DNA of 63,855 bases, filler included, from Pirum gemmata (GCA_002812295.1; 15 parts of 15 records of this genome joined end to end with filler, not necessarily neighbours in it), one strand, 5' to 3'; numbered from the whole stretch's first letter, positions 25,991-39,750 are shown. Made by a program: numbers and translations. The notes: generated by a model from the sequence alone, not told the origin.

Positions 25991-28882
25991 TTATAATACG
26001 TAAGCACACCAAGTTTGTGGAGAAGCTAAATGTTTAACCGCATTTTCACGTTTAAACCAGCAGGTTCCTCCCCATGAAGACGTCCAAGTAACGGCTTTAC
26101 ACCCAGGATAATACTTTTTACAAAGGAATATACAGTCTTTTTTTTCCGCAATATTGTACATTTGTGACCTTGGATTTATTATTTTTTCCAAAAAATCACA
26201 AGACGGTTGCATAACATAGTTCACTTGTGTTTGGTAAGGTTGTATTGGTTGTTGTGGTTGTTTTTGAGGGTAAATGGGTGGCTGATTGTACTTTCCTATC
26301 ATTTGTTGTATTGGTAAGTGAAGGGGTTGTGGAAATGGTAGCTGTTGTTGTATTTGTAATAAATTAACGGATGTTTGATAATTTAATTGTTGATATGGTT
26401 GCTGTGGTTGTGGCTTTTCAATATTGGTATTTAACACTAATTCTGCCATGAAAATTTGATGATCACTCCCGTGTTTGTCCCCTGTCCATACTCGGTTATT
26501 TTTAAAGTCCTTTTTGGTATAAAATATACGGTCAATGCCACCCCAAAGTGTACTTCGACCCGCTTCTGCAAAGCCATTAGCGATAAATTCTTTAAACCCA
26601 GATTCTTTATCTTGGAAAGAGTTGAAATCACCTATAGAAAATATCAATAATAATAAACGAAAAACAAAGAAAAAACGAAATTTAGTATAATAAATAATAA
26701 TAATGATTAATTAATTAATTAATAATTACAATAACTAATTATAACTAATTTCAAGTAATAAATATAATTAATAATTAATCATAAATAATAAATAATAATT
26801 AACAATTAGCAATTATTAACAATTAACTAACAAATAATAATTAACAAGTAACAAGTAACAATTAAAAATTAAAAATCAACATTTAACAATTATCAATTCA
26901 CATATAAATATGATGATTAATTTTATATATTATATAAAATTAACTAATTAATTAATAGTTACTGAAAATAACTAATATTACTTTACCTGTAATAATAATA
27001 GGTTTTCCTTTGGCCAGTTCTTCCATTTTATTTAGCATAAATTTAGCCGAAGCTCGATGTTTGCGCTCTTGCTCTCCTCCCGAACAGCCACCATGTATAC
27101 AAAAATGACTATTAAATAACCAAAACTCTTGATTATTCCCAGTGTAGAATTTAGAATAAGACATATACCTACATCATAATATTTTTTAATAATTTTAATG
27201 TTTGTTGTTTGTTGTTTGGTATTGTAGTTTGTTATTGCAATGGTTTGCTGTTTGTTTAGTTGTTTAGTTGTTTAGTTGTTTAGTTGTTTAGTTGTTTTGT
27301 TGTTTTGTTGTTTTGTTGTTTTGTTGTTTTGTTGTTTTGTTGTTTTGTTGTTTTGTTCTTTTGTTCTTTTTTTCTTTTTTTCTTTTGTTGTTGTGTTGTA
27401 TTGCTGTTTTGTTGTTTGTTGTTTGTTGTCTGTTGTTTGTTCTTTGTTGTTCTTTATTTGTTGTTTGTACTTTATTGTTCTTTGTTCTTTGTTTGTTGTT
27501 TGCTGTTTGTTGTTTGCTGTTTGTTGTTTGTTGTTTATAGTTTGTTGTTTGTTGTTTGTTGTTTGTTGTTGAGGGTCACGGTTAGGATTACGGTTAGGGT
27601 TAGGGTTTGTTGTTTGTTGTTTGCTGTTTGTTGTTTTTTGTTTTTTGTTTGTTGTTTGTTGTTGATGGTCACGGTTAGGGTTTGTTGTTTGTTGTTTGTT
27701 GTTTGTTGTTTGTTGTTTGTTGTTTGTTGTTTGTTGTTTGTTGCTTGTTGTTTGTTGTTTGTTGTTTGTTGTTTATTGTTTGTTGTTTGTTGTTAATAAT
27801 AATAATAATATATAATATAACAATTAGATATATATGTAACAATTAATGATTTTATATTAAGAATATATAAATATTAATATTGAGAATAACATAATATATC
27901 TATTTAGTAATAAAAGTCAAATACTAACTAACCTAACACCATATTGATCACCGGTATCGCGTTTTGGCATAGTAATTCTTCCACTATTAAAAATATAATA
28001 ATAATTAATAATTAATGATTATTTACATAATTTTATATATAATACATATTATATATTATACATAATATTATATGAATTAATAGTAATAATAATAATAAGT
28101 AAATTATAATAATATAATATTATAGTAATATTATTGTAGTAGTGGTAGTGGTGTTACCGGTAGTTGTGGTAGTTTGTGTTAGTAGTGGGTAATAGTAGTA
28201 TATTAGTATTAGAATTATAAGTGCTAGTAATAGTGGTGGCGGTAGTAGTACTTGTAATTGTTGTAGTTGGAATAGCAATGGTAGTAGTAGTAGTAGTAGC
28301 AATAGTGGGGTTATAGTAGGGTTACCGTTAGGGAACTGTTAGGGTTAGGGTTAGGGTTAGGGTTAGGGTTAGGGTTAGGGTTAGGGTTAGGGTTAGGGTT
28401 AGGGGTTAAGGAAGGGTTAGGGTTAGGGTAGTAGTAGTAGTAGTAGTAGTAGCAGTAGTAGTAGAATTAGAAGTAGCAGTAATTGTAATTGCAGTTGTAG
28501 TTTTAGTTGTAACAGTATTACGTATACTAGTTGTAGTACTAGTAAAAATATGTGTATATACGTATATATACCTGCTTCCACCATGCCTAATGGATTTCTT
28601 AGCAAAAATGTCCACGAGCTTAGCAGTATCTTTAGATCGATAATAATCATTGCCTAAGCCTTGAACAAAATAATTACCTTTTGTCATTTCTTGTGATCCA
28701 ATAATATCAGGACTTTCTTCTTTTTTCACGTCTTTGCCTGAATTTCGAAAATTTCTATTATTGACGTAAGCATTAAAAGTAGCCACTTTTATGGTTGTTT
28801 GACCGAGAGTGTATTTCGAAATTACGGTAAGTAGCATAGCTTTAAGTAGAATACTATTGAAAAATTTTAAAGTGAATACCAT
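25991..28882 (-). CDS. Secreted endonuclease/exonuclease/phosphatase (EEP) family protein with Q/P-rich linker and C-terminal PAN/apple-like domain; 4 exons, 394 aa
   Basis: Exons 28882-28572, 27983-27933, 27168-26987 and 26631-25991 have GT-AG boundaries and consistent phases (311+51+182+641 = 1185 nt). EEP motifs: KVATFN, PDIIGSQE, FNSH, IIITGDFN, IDRIF, GSDH. Hydrophobic N-terminus. C-terminal DCIFLCKKYYPGCKAVTW...GTCWFK fits the PAN/apple pattern. Confidence 0.9.
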
Positions 28883-30369
28883 TTTTTTGTTAGTTGTATT
28901 TGTTTTTGTTTTTTTGGTTTTTTTTTTTTTNNNNNNNNNNNNNNNNNNNNNNNNNNNNNNNNNNNNNNNNNNNNTTAATTAATTAANNNNNNNNNNNNNN
29001 NNNNNNNNNNNNNNNNNNNNNNNNNNNNNNAATAATTATTTTTGTTTTTATTATTATTATCATATAATTATTATTATTATCAATATCACTATCAATGATA
29101 ATAATAATAATAATAATAATTTCTTTAATAATATGAACATAATATCATAAAAATATAATAATATAATAATAATAATAATTATTTTTATTATTCCATTAAA
29201 ATTATTTTTATTCATAGATTCGGTAGGAGCTGCTCCTAGCTAGCTAGATTGTTATTTATGCTTCTAAAAACGTTTTGTAGAAGCCCATTAGCTTTCTCTT
29301 ATAGATGCTTGTAGAAGTCTTCAGATTATTTTTTGCGAATTTTTTCCATAGTACAGAACCTAAAATACATTTTAAAATACACACTTTCCCCACGGGACGA
29401 AACACATTTTCCAAAAACTGCAGACAGGCCAGAACTCAATAGGAAGTTGGTTGATTAGTTATTATTTATAAATAATTATTATCAGATACAAATAAATCTC
29501 CTCGACAGTGGACAGTACAGGGCCACTACACTGTGACTACAGGCTGTACAGCAGCAGTTCGCTGAGGGTGAGTCGGTGACTGACCCAGTAGCAGCAGTGA
29601 GTCTGGCAGTGACTCTGTCAGTCTCCTCTCCTGAGGATGATTCCTTTTATGTTCATGATCAGGAAAAATATTTGATTAAATTTTTTTTTTTTTTTTTCCT
29701 AAACCCTAACCTTAACCCTAACCCTGACCCTAACCCTAACTCTAACCCGAACCCTAACCCTGAGTCCCTAACCCTAACCCTAGTTTTTTACCATCATAAT
29801 AATATGATCATTTTACACTTTACAGTCATTTTACTGTACCTATAGCTAAAATCTAAAATAGCTTCTTTTTTTAAAAAAAATAGATCTGCTAGAGACTCAA
29901 TATAGGACTCACTCAGTATTGGTGGGATCGGGAGCGCAGGAATGACTGTGGGGTCCAACCATATTAGTCCAACCATAAGACTCCAAGTTGGGCTTTAGTA
30001 CTGCTTTAGTTAGAACGCTGAGTGACTTGATTGTGAAGTTGACAAGTTGTGACTTGGCTCAGTTGGCTGGGGAGTTATTTCTTTCTTTAGAAAATCATAA
30101 AGAAAGAAGAAACTGGAAAGAAAAACATTTGTTGACCTCAAAAATGGACAAGACGATGTCATACCGGTACTATAATATCATACCGGTATACTATCATCAA
30201 TAAGCAGTTGTAGAATATATAGCTAGTCTATCTATGCATAATAATATGATATTATGATAATATCATATATAACATAATAATATTATATGCTATATATAAA
30301 ATATAGCTATGTATCATGATATATAGTATATATGTATAGAGTATAATTATATAATATATATAATTTATA

Positions 30370-30553
30370 TCGTTTATTTCATTACAGTTGTCATCCCAAT
30401 CTTTAATTCGGTACTGTTTAAGTGTATAATTGAACTTGTTTATAATATAAAACATTATGTATAAAATACCAAATTAATTAAAAAATGTCTGATAGTTTAA
30501 CCATAATAATAATTTGGTACGTTTATTTCAGTTTTTGAACTGGAGAAACACGA
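30370..30553. mobile_element. MITE family B (~185 bp; termini related to family A)
   Basis: TCGTTTATTTCA...GAAACACGA. Other copies near 485-650, 11305-11472, 32390-32500, 36007-36159 and 63035-63095. Confidence 0.75.
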
Positions 30554-31610
30554 TCATATATAATATTATATATTATAGTTATTAATATGTATACAATAGT
30601 CTATTCCTGTCTATTTTATTTATAATATAAAGGAGGATAGATAACAGTTATATCTATAGTTTTAAAACTAGTACTGTAGTTTGTTGATTTGTTTCATAAT
30701 ACTTTGAAACAGAGGGTCCAAGTTAATAATTATATTGCCATTCCGTTTTTTAATTTGACGTACTTTTTATATAAAAATCTAGCCTTATGATATAAATTAT
30801 TTAAAATATTCATATTAAAATAAATAAATGTTGTTTTTATACTTTATAGACGCCCTTCACCCTAAGCAGGCTAAGCTAAGCTATAGCTAGTAGGGCTGTC
30901 GTCTTGATCTAGCTAGGGAGATTCGAAACCGAACCCAATATGCATACATACCCATACATCCGATACAGGTTGTTTTAAAACAGTTACTATTATGATATTA
31001 ATTAATATTATAATTTTAAAATGTTAACCAAATAACCCTAGGCCTATTATATACAATATACAAACTTCACTTATAATTAATAAAAGGATTATTATAAATA
31101 TGCATACAAGAAACCTCTTACTGATATAACTCTTCAGAATCATATCATAAAAAAAAAATAATTTTTAATAAAAAAAAAATGCATGCATTTTATTTTATCT
31201 ACAAAATTAATGATCTTCCCAGTTTCAATAATTTTTTTTTTTTAATTAAAACAAGGACTTCAAGTTTTTTTTTTTGAAGTCCTTGAAAAAAAAATTTAAA
31301 AAAAAATAGATAATCTTGATCTATAATACAGTTCATATTGATAATACTAGGTTTATATATGATAAATTGATATAGATATTAATATTATAATACAATAATG
31401 CTTATTATAATAATATAATAATAATGGTAGTGAAATTGTGCTGGTAAAGAAAAGATATAAATACTGTTTTTTTTTTTTTAAAAAAAAAATAATTAATTAA
31501 TTAAATAAAAATTTTTATTAATAATATTTATAAATATATTTTTGATAAAACCCTTCTTACTTTTAAAAAATAAGTTATAGTTAGTTAATTATAAACTAAA
31601 AAAAATAAAG

Positions 31611-32042
31611 ATGTATAAAATAATTGCTTTAATCTCTGCCTTCTGCGTTGTATCGGCCGTTCCTGTACACGTACAACAACATCAAGAAAAACATGTGTGG
31701 GCTAACGAAAAGGATATAGCTACATACATCCGCGACGACAACCTTTGTAACGACAATGATTTTAACAATATAAACTCTGGTTGTAGAGAAGGTAGTTTTT
31801 GTAATGTACAAGTTCCTGATACTAAACAACCTTACTTTATTAAAGAAGAAATGTTTTTTCCTATTTACACTGGATATTGTACTCCTAATTGTAATGGAGC
31901 TGTATCTTGCCACATGGGTATGTTTGGTTTGTATTGCGACTACGGCGAGGGTATGAATAATATTTATACGACTTATAAAGCAGAAATGACAAAATTTGGT
32001 ACTGGGGTAACTTGCAAGGATATTTTCACTTGGGGAAATTAA
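31611..32042 (+). CDS. Small secreted Cys-rich protein, unknown function (143 aa)
   Basis: Intronless ATG-TAA ORF with coding-like GC in AT-rich flanks; signal peptide MYKIIALISAFCVVSA; 8 Cys in the mature part. Confidence 0.8.
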   Translation: MYKIIALISAFCVVSAVPVHVQQHQEKHVWANEKDIATYIRDDNLCNDNDFNNINSGCREGSFCNVQVPDTKQPYFIKEEMFFPIYTGYCTPNCNGAVSCHMGMFGLYCDYGEGMNNIYTTYKAEMTKFGTGVTCKDIFTWGN

Positions 32043-35000
32043 TTAAAGAGTCTTGTAATTATAACGAGTTTCGAATCAAATTATTTTTGAAAAAATTAAG
32101 AAAAAAGCTCAAATATTAATAAATAATATTTTTTTAAAAAAAATACAAATATTTTAAATTTTATTTTCAACATTTTCGAAAAGAGGTCAAATTTAAAAGT
32201 TCTTTATTTCTTGAACAAAACTGAAAACCAAAATTAAAAACCAAATCATTTTTTATGGACAGAATTTTGATTTAGAGATTTTAGTTTCTCACTTGGTACA
32301 TACTGCTACTATTCAATGAACATCAGCATTATTATTATCTACCTAAAATCTCGATATCTAATTATCATTAATTGTTGGCTTTGATACTATATGATAAAAC
32401 TACATTTTAATTAATAGACATGTTTTAATTAATTTGGTATTTTATACTTTTAATGTTGTATTTTATAAAAAAGTTCAATTATACAATTAAACAGTACCTA
32501 ATAAACTATGTTTTTTTGTAATTTAATTACATTTTATGGATTTAAGAATAATAAATAAACAACTGAAGTGATAAAATACCAAACTATTATCATTAGTTTA
32601 CGAGAGTAGACTACGTCTCGAGTCTCTAGCTAGCTAGTAGTCTCTATTCGTCAGCAAGCGCTGTCATTATAAAATGACGCACATTTTTAGTGTTATTTTA
32701 AAATGACGCTTTTTTCGAAAAAAAAATTTTTTTTTATTATTATTTGTCAAATAGAAAAATGTCTAAAATATTTCGATTCGAACCAAAAAAATGATTGTTT
32801 TTTTCACTTCTCTATTATAAAACACCTACCTTTTCTTTTATACTTTAGCGTTTCTAAATTTGGATTCTACAGGATCGAAATAGGTTATAAAAGTAGTTGC
32901 TCCATACTTAACACTCTCTAAATTGCTTGTTCGAAGCTAATAATTCGTTTATTATTATTATTATTTTTTATTATTGCTGATATGTTGTTAATAATAATAA
33001 TAATAATAATAANNNNNNNNNNNNNNNNNNNNNNNNNNNNNNNNNNNNNNNNNNNNTTAATTAATTAANNNNNNNNNNNNNNNNNNNNNNNNNNNNNNNN
33101 NNNNNNNNNNNNAAAAAAAAAAAAAAAAAACATGCAAGACTTATTATTATATACAAGCTACACTTTATCAAAATTTACAGATTTTATTAGTTATGATAAT
33201 TAATAATACTATTTGATAACAAGCTTAAGTATATTATTATTATATAATATTATATTAAATACGAGGGTGTATATAATTAGTGTATAATCATGTAATTAAT
33301 GTATTATGGAGTCTTCTCGGAGACCCTTCTGATGAGCGACTGGACTGGTCAAGTTTTGGCAGAGTACAGGCACGATCAGCAAGCTATCAGCAGCACGATC
33401 AACACTACTGCGATCAGCACAGATCCATTTATGATAAATCAATCATAACATGCTTTTCATTTATTTTCTCACTCTAAATATTTATTTGGAGGGTTATAAT
33501 ATTTAAATAGACATTTTTAAATAATAAATAGATAATAAAAGACACCAAATTAAATTAAATAGTTCATAATTGTATTAATTTGGTATTATTTATTGTATAT
33601 TTTATGATGACAAAACAATTCGAAAGCACTACCAGTAAATTTATTTATAAATAAATGAGGCATGACTCTTTTATGATGTAGGTAGGCTATGATAGGTAGG
33701 TAGACAACTGGTAGAATATCTACAAATAAACTGGCGGCCGCGGCTCTAATAAACTCCAGAGAGTTTCATAGTTCACACTACTCGGGTTTCTACTAGCTAG
33801 AAGTAGTGTCATAGTAGATAGTAGAGGAGCTGTAGAGGTCTATATAGTATGGTGTTATTATGAAAAGTACAAGCCAAAACCAACTGACAATCAAATCATT
33901 AACTTATACCGAATTGCAACTTTAAATTTTTAACTATGATACTGCTCCTCCTTTTTTTAAAATATTATCATATTATTATATTATTATGAGATATATAAAG
34001 GAAAACAAGATAAAACTGTAAATCTTTTTTCTTTTTTTGACATCTTTTCCAAAAACCTTTTTTTTTAAAAAAGATAACTAGCCAAATTATTTTTAAAACT
34101 AGTCATTAGCCTCATTAGCTCATAATAGAGTTTTCTTACTTTTAAACCATTTCTCAAAATTTGGTAGTAATTTCATTAAAATTGGATCATTTTGAGATTT
34201 TTTGGATTTTTGAGCTCATAGTCTACAGCGGATGCTGCCATTTTTATAATCTAGCTCTATCTGATACTAAGCAGCTCTACAGAGCTCTACAGATGTCTAT
34301 GCTGTCTATGCATAATATAATAAAAAGTATATCGATATATCATAATATTATGATAAAAGATAAAACTATGCATACCGGGTAGTCTATTGTCTCAGTATCT
34401 ACTGGAATTTTTTTCGAACAGATGCTTATCGAGCCAACCTTAGTTCCGTGTTCCTTACTAATAATAGTAGTTAAATAGCTTAAAATGGTAAATCTAATTA
34501 TAGTAGATACCAATTAAAGTAATAATAATAACATTAATAGTAATACAAACCATAAAAATCGGAAAAGTTCCGGCAGCTGTTCGGTAATAATAAAATGACG
34601 TCATCTCACCCCTACTATTATACCACACTTCCCGAGTGAATCAGAGTGATAACCAAATTTGGCCTAGCAAATTTGGTTAATGTCTCTTTTTTGGGCTTTT
34701 GTGGGAGAGTGGTCCTTCACTCGGAAAAGCATTCTATTGGGTAATAATTGGATAATAAATAATAATAATAATAATAATGATAATGGTAATATTATGGAAT
34801 TTATGGTACTGATAATGGTAAACTTAATGGTAATCTATGGTAATGATAATGATAATGATAAATGACAATAATATTATAATAATAATAATAATAATACGAT
34901 TTTTGAAATAATTTTGAAAACCTAGTTTGAATTTTTGAAAACAGTGAAAACCCAAAAATGTTTTTATTAAAATTGTTTAAACTCGAATAAACCCCTAAAC

Positions 35001-37177
35001 CAGTTCCTAAACCTCATGACTATGATACCTACTCCTATATAGCTCCTATATATTCTATTGCTATTGTAAATTTAAAAAGTATAAGATAGTATTTATATAT
35101 ATAGTTTTATTTATAAATTAAAGTTATAATGCAATAGCTAGGTATAAAATGGTGGTGTAATCTTGTGCTAGCTAGGTTATCAGATAGGGTTTTAGGGTTA
35201 GGGTTAGGGTTAGGGTAGCTGTTAGGGTTAGAATTATTAGGGATAGTTAGTTATATTAGGGCTAGGGTTGGGGCTGGGGTTATTAGAGACTGTTAGTTAG
35301 GGTTAGGGTTGGGGTTAGGGTTGGGGTTAGGGTTAGGGTTGGGGTTGGGGTTAGGGTACCGATTAGGGTTAGGGTTAGGGTTAGGGTTATCATTAATTAT
35401 TATCATTGTTATTATCATTATCACATGTTAGGGTTAGCAAGTGTTAGGGTTAGTTCCGCCAGCTCCTTCTCGTAATTTTTTTATAAGTTGTATTTATTTA
35501 TAATTAAATGAATTTAAATATTAATATTACGTAGTTAGGTTTATCTATAATATGAATACTATTTGCATCATAACTTCTTTTTTATAGTATTAGAGTGTAT
35601 TAGTGCTTTATTACTATTGTCTCAAGTCTCAAGAACTACGGACAATAATATACTCATAATATTGTAACATGCTACATATAAACATAAATAATTAGTTAAA
35701 TTTTAATTTTAAATATTATTATCTTTATAAATAGCATTCTTATCTTCTCTAGTTCTCTTATCTCTATCCGCTTATAGTCAGCTATCTAATAACTGCGCAT
35801 GCTATATAATAATTATATAATAGATCATATTTTTTTTTAATATTATTATAAATCTTTTTTTTAAAAGCTTTCATTGTAAATGTTGTATAATATTTTAATT
35901 TATTTATTTATTTATTTATTTATTTATTAAAAAATATTAAAAAATATATCATAAAACTTTAAAAATGGAAAATTTAATATATATAATAATTATTATGATA
36001 GTAGTATCACGTGTTTTTCAATAATTTTGTCCAGTTCAAAAACTAAAATAAAAAATACCAAATTATTATTATCAGACATGTTTTAATTAATTTGGTATTT
36101 TATACTTAATGTTTTATTTTATAAAAAAGTTCAATTATACACTTAAACAGTACCAAATTNNNNNNNNNNNNNNNNNNNNNNNNNNNNNNNNNNNNNNNNN
36201 NNNNNNNNNNNNNNNNNNNNNNNNNNNNNNNNNNNNNNNNNNNNNNNNNNNNNNNNNNNNNNNNNNNNTTAGATTATAAAATATACCAAATTAAATAAAA
36301 TGGATTTATATTATATTAATTTGGTACTCTTTATTGTATATTTTATGATGACAAAACAACTGAAAAGCACGATTACTATTATTATTATATAATTTATATT
36401 TAATAGTGCTTTTCAGTTGTTTTGTCATCATAAAAATAATATACAATAAAGAATACCAAATTAATATTATATAAATCCATTTTATTTAATTTTGGTATAT
36501 TATATTATCTATTTATTTATTTAAAAATGTCCAATTAAATATTATAACCAACCAAATAAATTGTGCAAAAACTTGCAAAAACCCAAAAACCCCAAAAACC
36601 CCAAACCTAGCTAGCTGCTAGTAGTTCTAGCTCTAGCTAAGCTAGTAGTAGTAGACCTAGCCCCCCCAAACCTCAGCCCCCCCAAAGGGCCAAGGTTGCC
36701 CAAACCAAACACACTCCCAAAAACAAAAAAACCAATAAAAAAAGGCCGTCTATAGTCTATATTTAGCTATATATTATTACCAGTAGCTATTCATTTATTT
36801 GGCCATTCTGAATATTTATTTGGATAGTTATAATATTTAAATTGATATTTTTAAATAAATATATAGATAGTAAAATATACCAAATTAAATTAAATGGATT
36901 TATATTGTATTAATTTGGTATTTTTTATTTTATATTTATTATGACAAAACGAATATTGATAGAAAAGAGTAGAAAAGAGCTAGAAAAGTGCTAGAAAAGT
37001 GTATATAAAAAGATAAAAAGTTCTAGATAAAAAAGCTCTAGATAAAAAAAGCTGAAAACTGAAAACTGAAAAAAAATNNNNNNNNNNNNNNNNNNNNNNN
37101 NNNNNNNNNNNNNNNNNNNNNTTAATTAATTAANNNNNNNNNNNNNNNNNNNNNNNNNNNNNNNNNNNNNNNNNNNN

Positions 37178-37795
37178 GTAAAGTGTGTAATGTTTTATGT
37201 TTACATTATAAAACAGCTATAAAACAGTATTTATTTATAATAAATTTTGAATCCGCCAAGGCCCTTGGGGCACCCCATTTTGACCTTAATTAGGTGACGG
37301 CTGTCGGCTGTAACTTAAAAAAGAAATGTTTTACATATATGGTAATTTTTTGGGGTACCCTATTTCACAAAATTCTCTGACGGCTAATCAAAGTGGGGGA
37401 CCTTTTTAATTAGAGTGTCACCCCTCTACTAGTTTACCTGTCTTCATTATTACAAAGGTACGTTATCTATATTAAGTGTTTACGCACCACAAGGCACCTA
37501 TAACTACGAATAGAAAGTCTAACAGGCAAGACACCAAAAATTTTTATAAAAGAAAAAACAGTTACTAGAGAAAAAAAAAAAACCGTGCCAAAAACATCTC
37601 CAAAAACACCCAAAACAGTCCACGGTGTTTATTTATCACAACAATTTTTAATAATATTATAAATTATAAATATATGAACATGGGTTTGTGCCAAAACCAA
37701 AAAAAGTTGGCCCTCAACAATTTTTTATTAATGTTATTAATTATTATTATTATTAATTATTATTAAATATTAATTATTATTATTATTATTAATTA

Positions 37796-37861
<66 letters not shown>

Positions 37862-39112
37862 ACTATATTGATATTTCAAGCTCTTTTAGTACTCTGTAAT
37901 CATGCCTCGTCTTCCACAAACCGGAATGGAATGTGACAACATCGTTAGTGGTAAAAGAAGAAAGATTACTACTGATGTTTACAGTCCTACTAGTGATTCT
38001 GCAAGCACTACTAGTAGTAGTATTAATGCTAATACTAGTACAATAACAACAATTACTACTAATGATACTGGTGATACTGTACCGATTGCCCATCCTTCTG
38101 TGACTACTGCAACCACAAGCGGTATTGCTACTACTTCTGTTACTATTAGCGCTATTACTAGTAGTAGTACTAATACTGGTATTACCCAACGTACTGTGGC
38201 TACTGCAACTACTAGCATTGATACTATTACTATTAGCACTACTAGTAGTAGTAGTACTAATGCTAATACTAGTACAACTGTTTCTACTGCAACTACAAGC
38301 AGTATTATTTCTACTACTGCTGCTACTATTAGCGCTATTAGTAGTACTAATACTAATACTAGTACAACAACTGCTTATTTTATAAACAAGTTCAATTATA
38401 GTGTTCTTTATCGTAATAGATTGATACGCTTGACAGAAGAAAATGCACATTACACTTACAGAGTTTCATCTGTATTTGAGTTATATAGCTCAAAATGGAT
38501 AGTGGAAAGAAGAGGGTTTCCGATAAAAAAGTGTAGGAAAAGTCGAATTATAATACATGCACAGTTAATCAACGAAAATAGCAAAGTCTTACAAAACCCT
38601 TACACATGCAGGGATATGAAATCAAATAGAATTTTTCGCTTGATAAAAACTGGTGATCGTTGGGGTAAGAAAAACGGGAAGTACATTGAGTTTTCTGACA
38701 TGCATATATATGATGAAAATGAAAATTATAAATAATAATTACATTAATTTAGAACCAGTAAGTAGCTATGTGTTCATACCGATAGTATTGATAAATGTAT
38801 GTACTAATATTATCATATATAACTATTTGTATATAGATATTAGATGCCATTACAGCTCTGTGTAAAGTGTGTAATGTTTTATGTTTACATTATAAAACAG
38901 CTATAAAACAGTATTTATTTATAATAAATTTTGAATCCGCCAAGGCATTTTGGGGTACCCCATTTTGACCTTAATTAGGTGACGGCTGTCGGCTGTAACT
39001 TAAAAAGGAAATTTTTTACATATATGGTAATTTTTTTGGGTACCCTATTTCACAAAATTCTCTGACAGCTAACCAAAGTGGGGGACCTTTTTAATTAGAG
39101 TGTCACCCCTCT
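37178..39112. repeat. Two near-identical 250-bp direct repeats (37178-37427 and 38862-39112), 1684 bp apart
   Basis: Both read GTAAAGTGTGTAATG...GAGTGTCACCCCTCT with scattered substitutions. The first copy begins at the scaffold edge. Confidence 0.92.
37902..38735 (+). CDS. Hypothetical protein: KRRK NLS-like motif, T/S-rich linker, basic ~120-aa C-terminal domain; possibly mobile-element encoded
   Basis: 277-aa ATG ORF whose C-terminus is not low complexity; it lies between two 250-bp direct repeats. Confidence 0.55.
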   Translation: MPRLPQTGMECDNIVSGKRRKITTDVYSPTSDSASTTSSSINANTSTITTITTNDTGDTVPIAHPSVTTATTSGIATTSVTISAITSSSTNTGITQRTVATATTSIDTITISTTSSSSTNANTSTTVSTATTSSIISTTAATISAISSTNTNTSTTTAYFINKFNYSVLYRNRLIRLTEENAHYTYRVSSVFELYSSKWIVERRGFPIKKCRKSRIIIHAQLINENSKVLQNPYTCRDMKSNRIFRLIKTGDRWGKKNGKYIEFSDMHIYDENENYK

Positions 39113-39565
39113 CTAATCATAATTCTTGTAAAATAGTTACAGGTAAGTTTTGATTAGACAAAAAAAACATTCACTCATTCCAAACCCAAAGCACGATTCG
39201 TTTTTTTTTTTACTATGACATAGCTCTAACCCCATTAGTATCTGATATAACAGATATAACGCAGCTTATCTGTAGAGAACTGAGTAATATGACTGTAATC
39301 TGATCACTTCAAAATAAAAATCGAACAAACAGGAAAAAAAAAAAGTATGATATTGAGACTTATTGAGTCATTTATAATACGTCACACGTCAAGGGGTAGG
39401 TAGGCAGGCGGTATTTGACCGGAAATTAACGTCAAGGAGTGTTAAGGAGTAGGTAGGTAGGGGGTATTTGAAGCTGGACTTGACCGGAAATCAATCCCAC
39501 CAACACCTCGAAAGGCACGAATACTGCTCGAAAGATGATGAAACTATCATAACTTTTTTTTATTA

Positions 39566-39750
39566 TCGCGCTTTTCAGTTATTTTGTCGTCATAAAATAA
39601 ACAATAAATAGTACCAAATTAATATAATATAAATCCATTTCATTTAATTTGGTATATTTTATTATATATTTATTTACTTAAAAGTATCAATTTAAATATT
39701 ATAAACAGCCAAATAAATATTCGGAGTGGCAAAATAAATGAAAAGCACAA
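39566..39750. mobile_element. MITE family A (~185 bp), representative full copy
   Basis: TIRs T(C/T)GTGCTTTTCA(G/T)TT(A/G)TTTTG(T/C)C flanked by TA on both sides. About 20 full or partial copies, near 878, 2138, 2420, 3537, 6683, 6952, 7249, 9590, 10782, 11113, 33450, 36270, 36405, 36790, 40570, 43090, 47903, 57563 and 63105. Confidence 0.9.

Noticed and set aside
27276..27796. Cys/Leu/Val/Phe-rich membrane-like ORFs
   Set aside because: Translation of a TTG/TTGTT microsatellite inside intron 2 of the EEP gene.
24942..29450. EEP gene apparently flanked by ~500-bp direct repeats (composite transposon)
   Set aside because: The two copies are on different scaffolds, each starting right after an artificial spacer; contigs simply break in the same repeat family.
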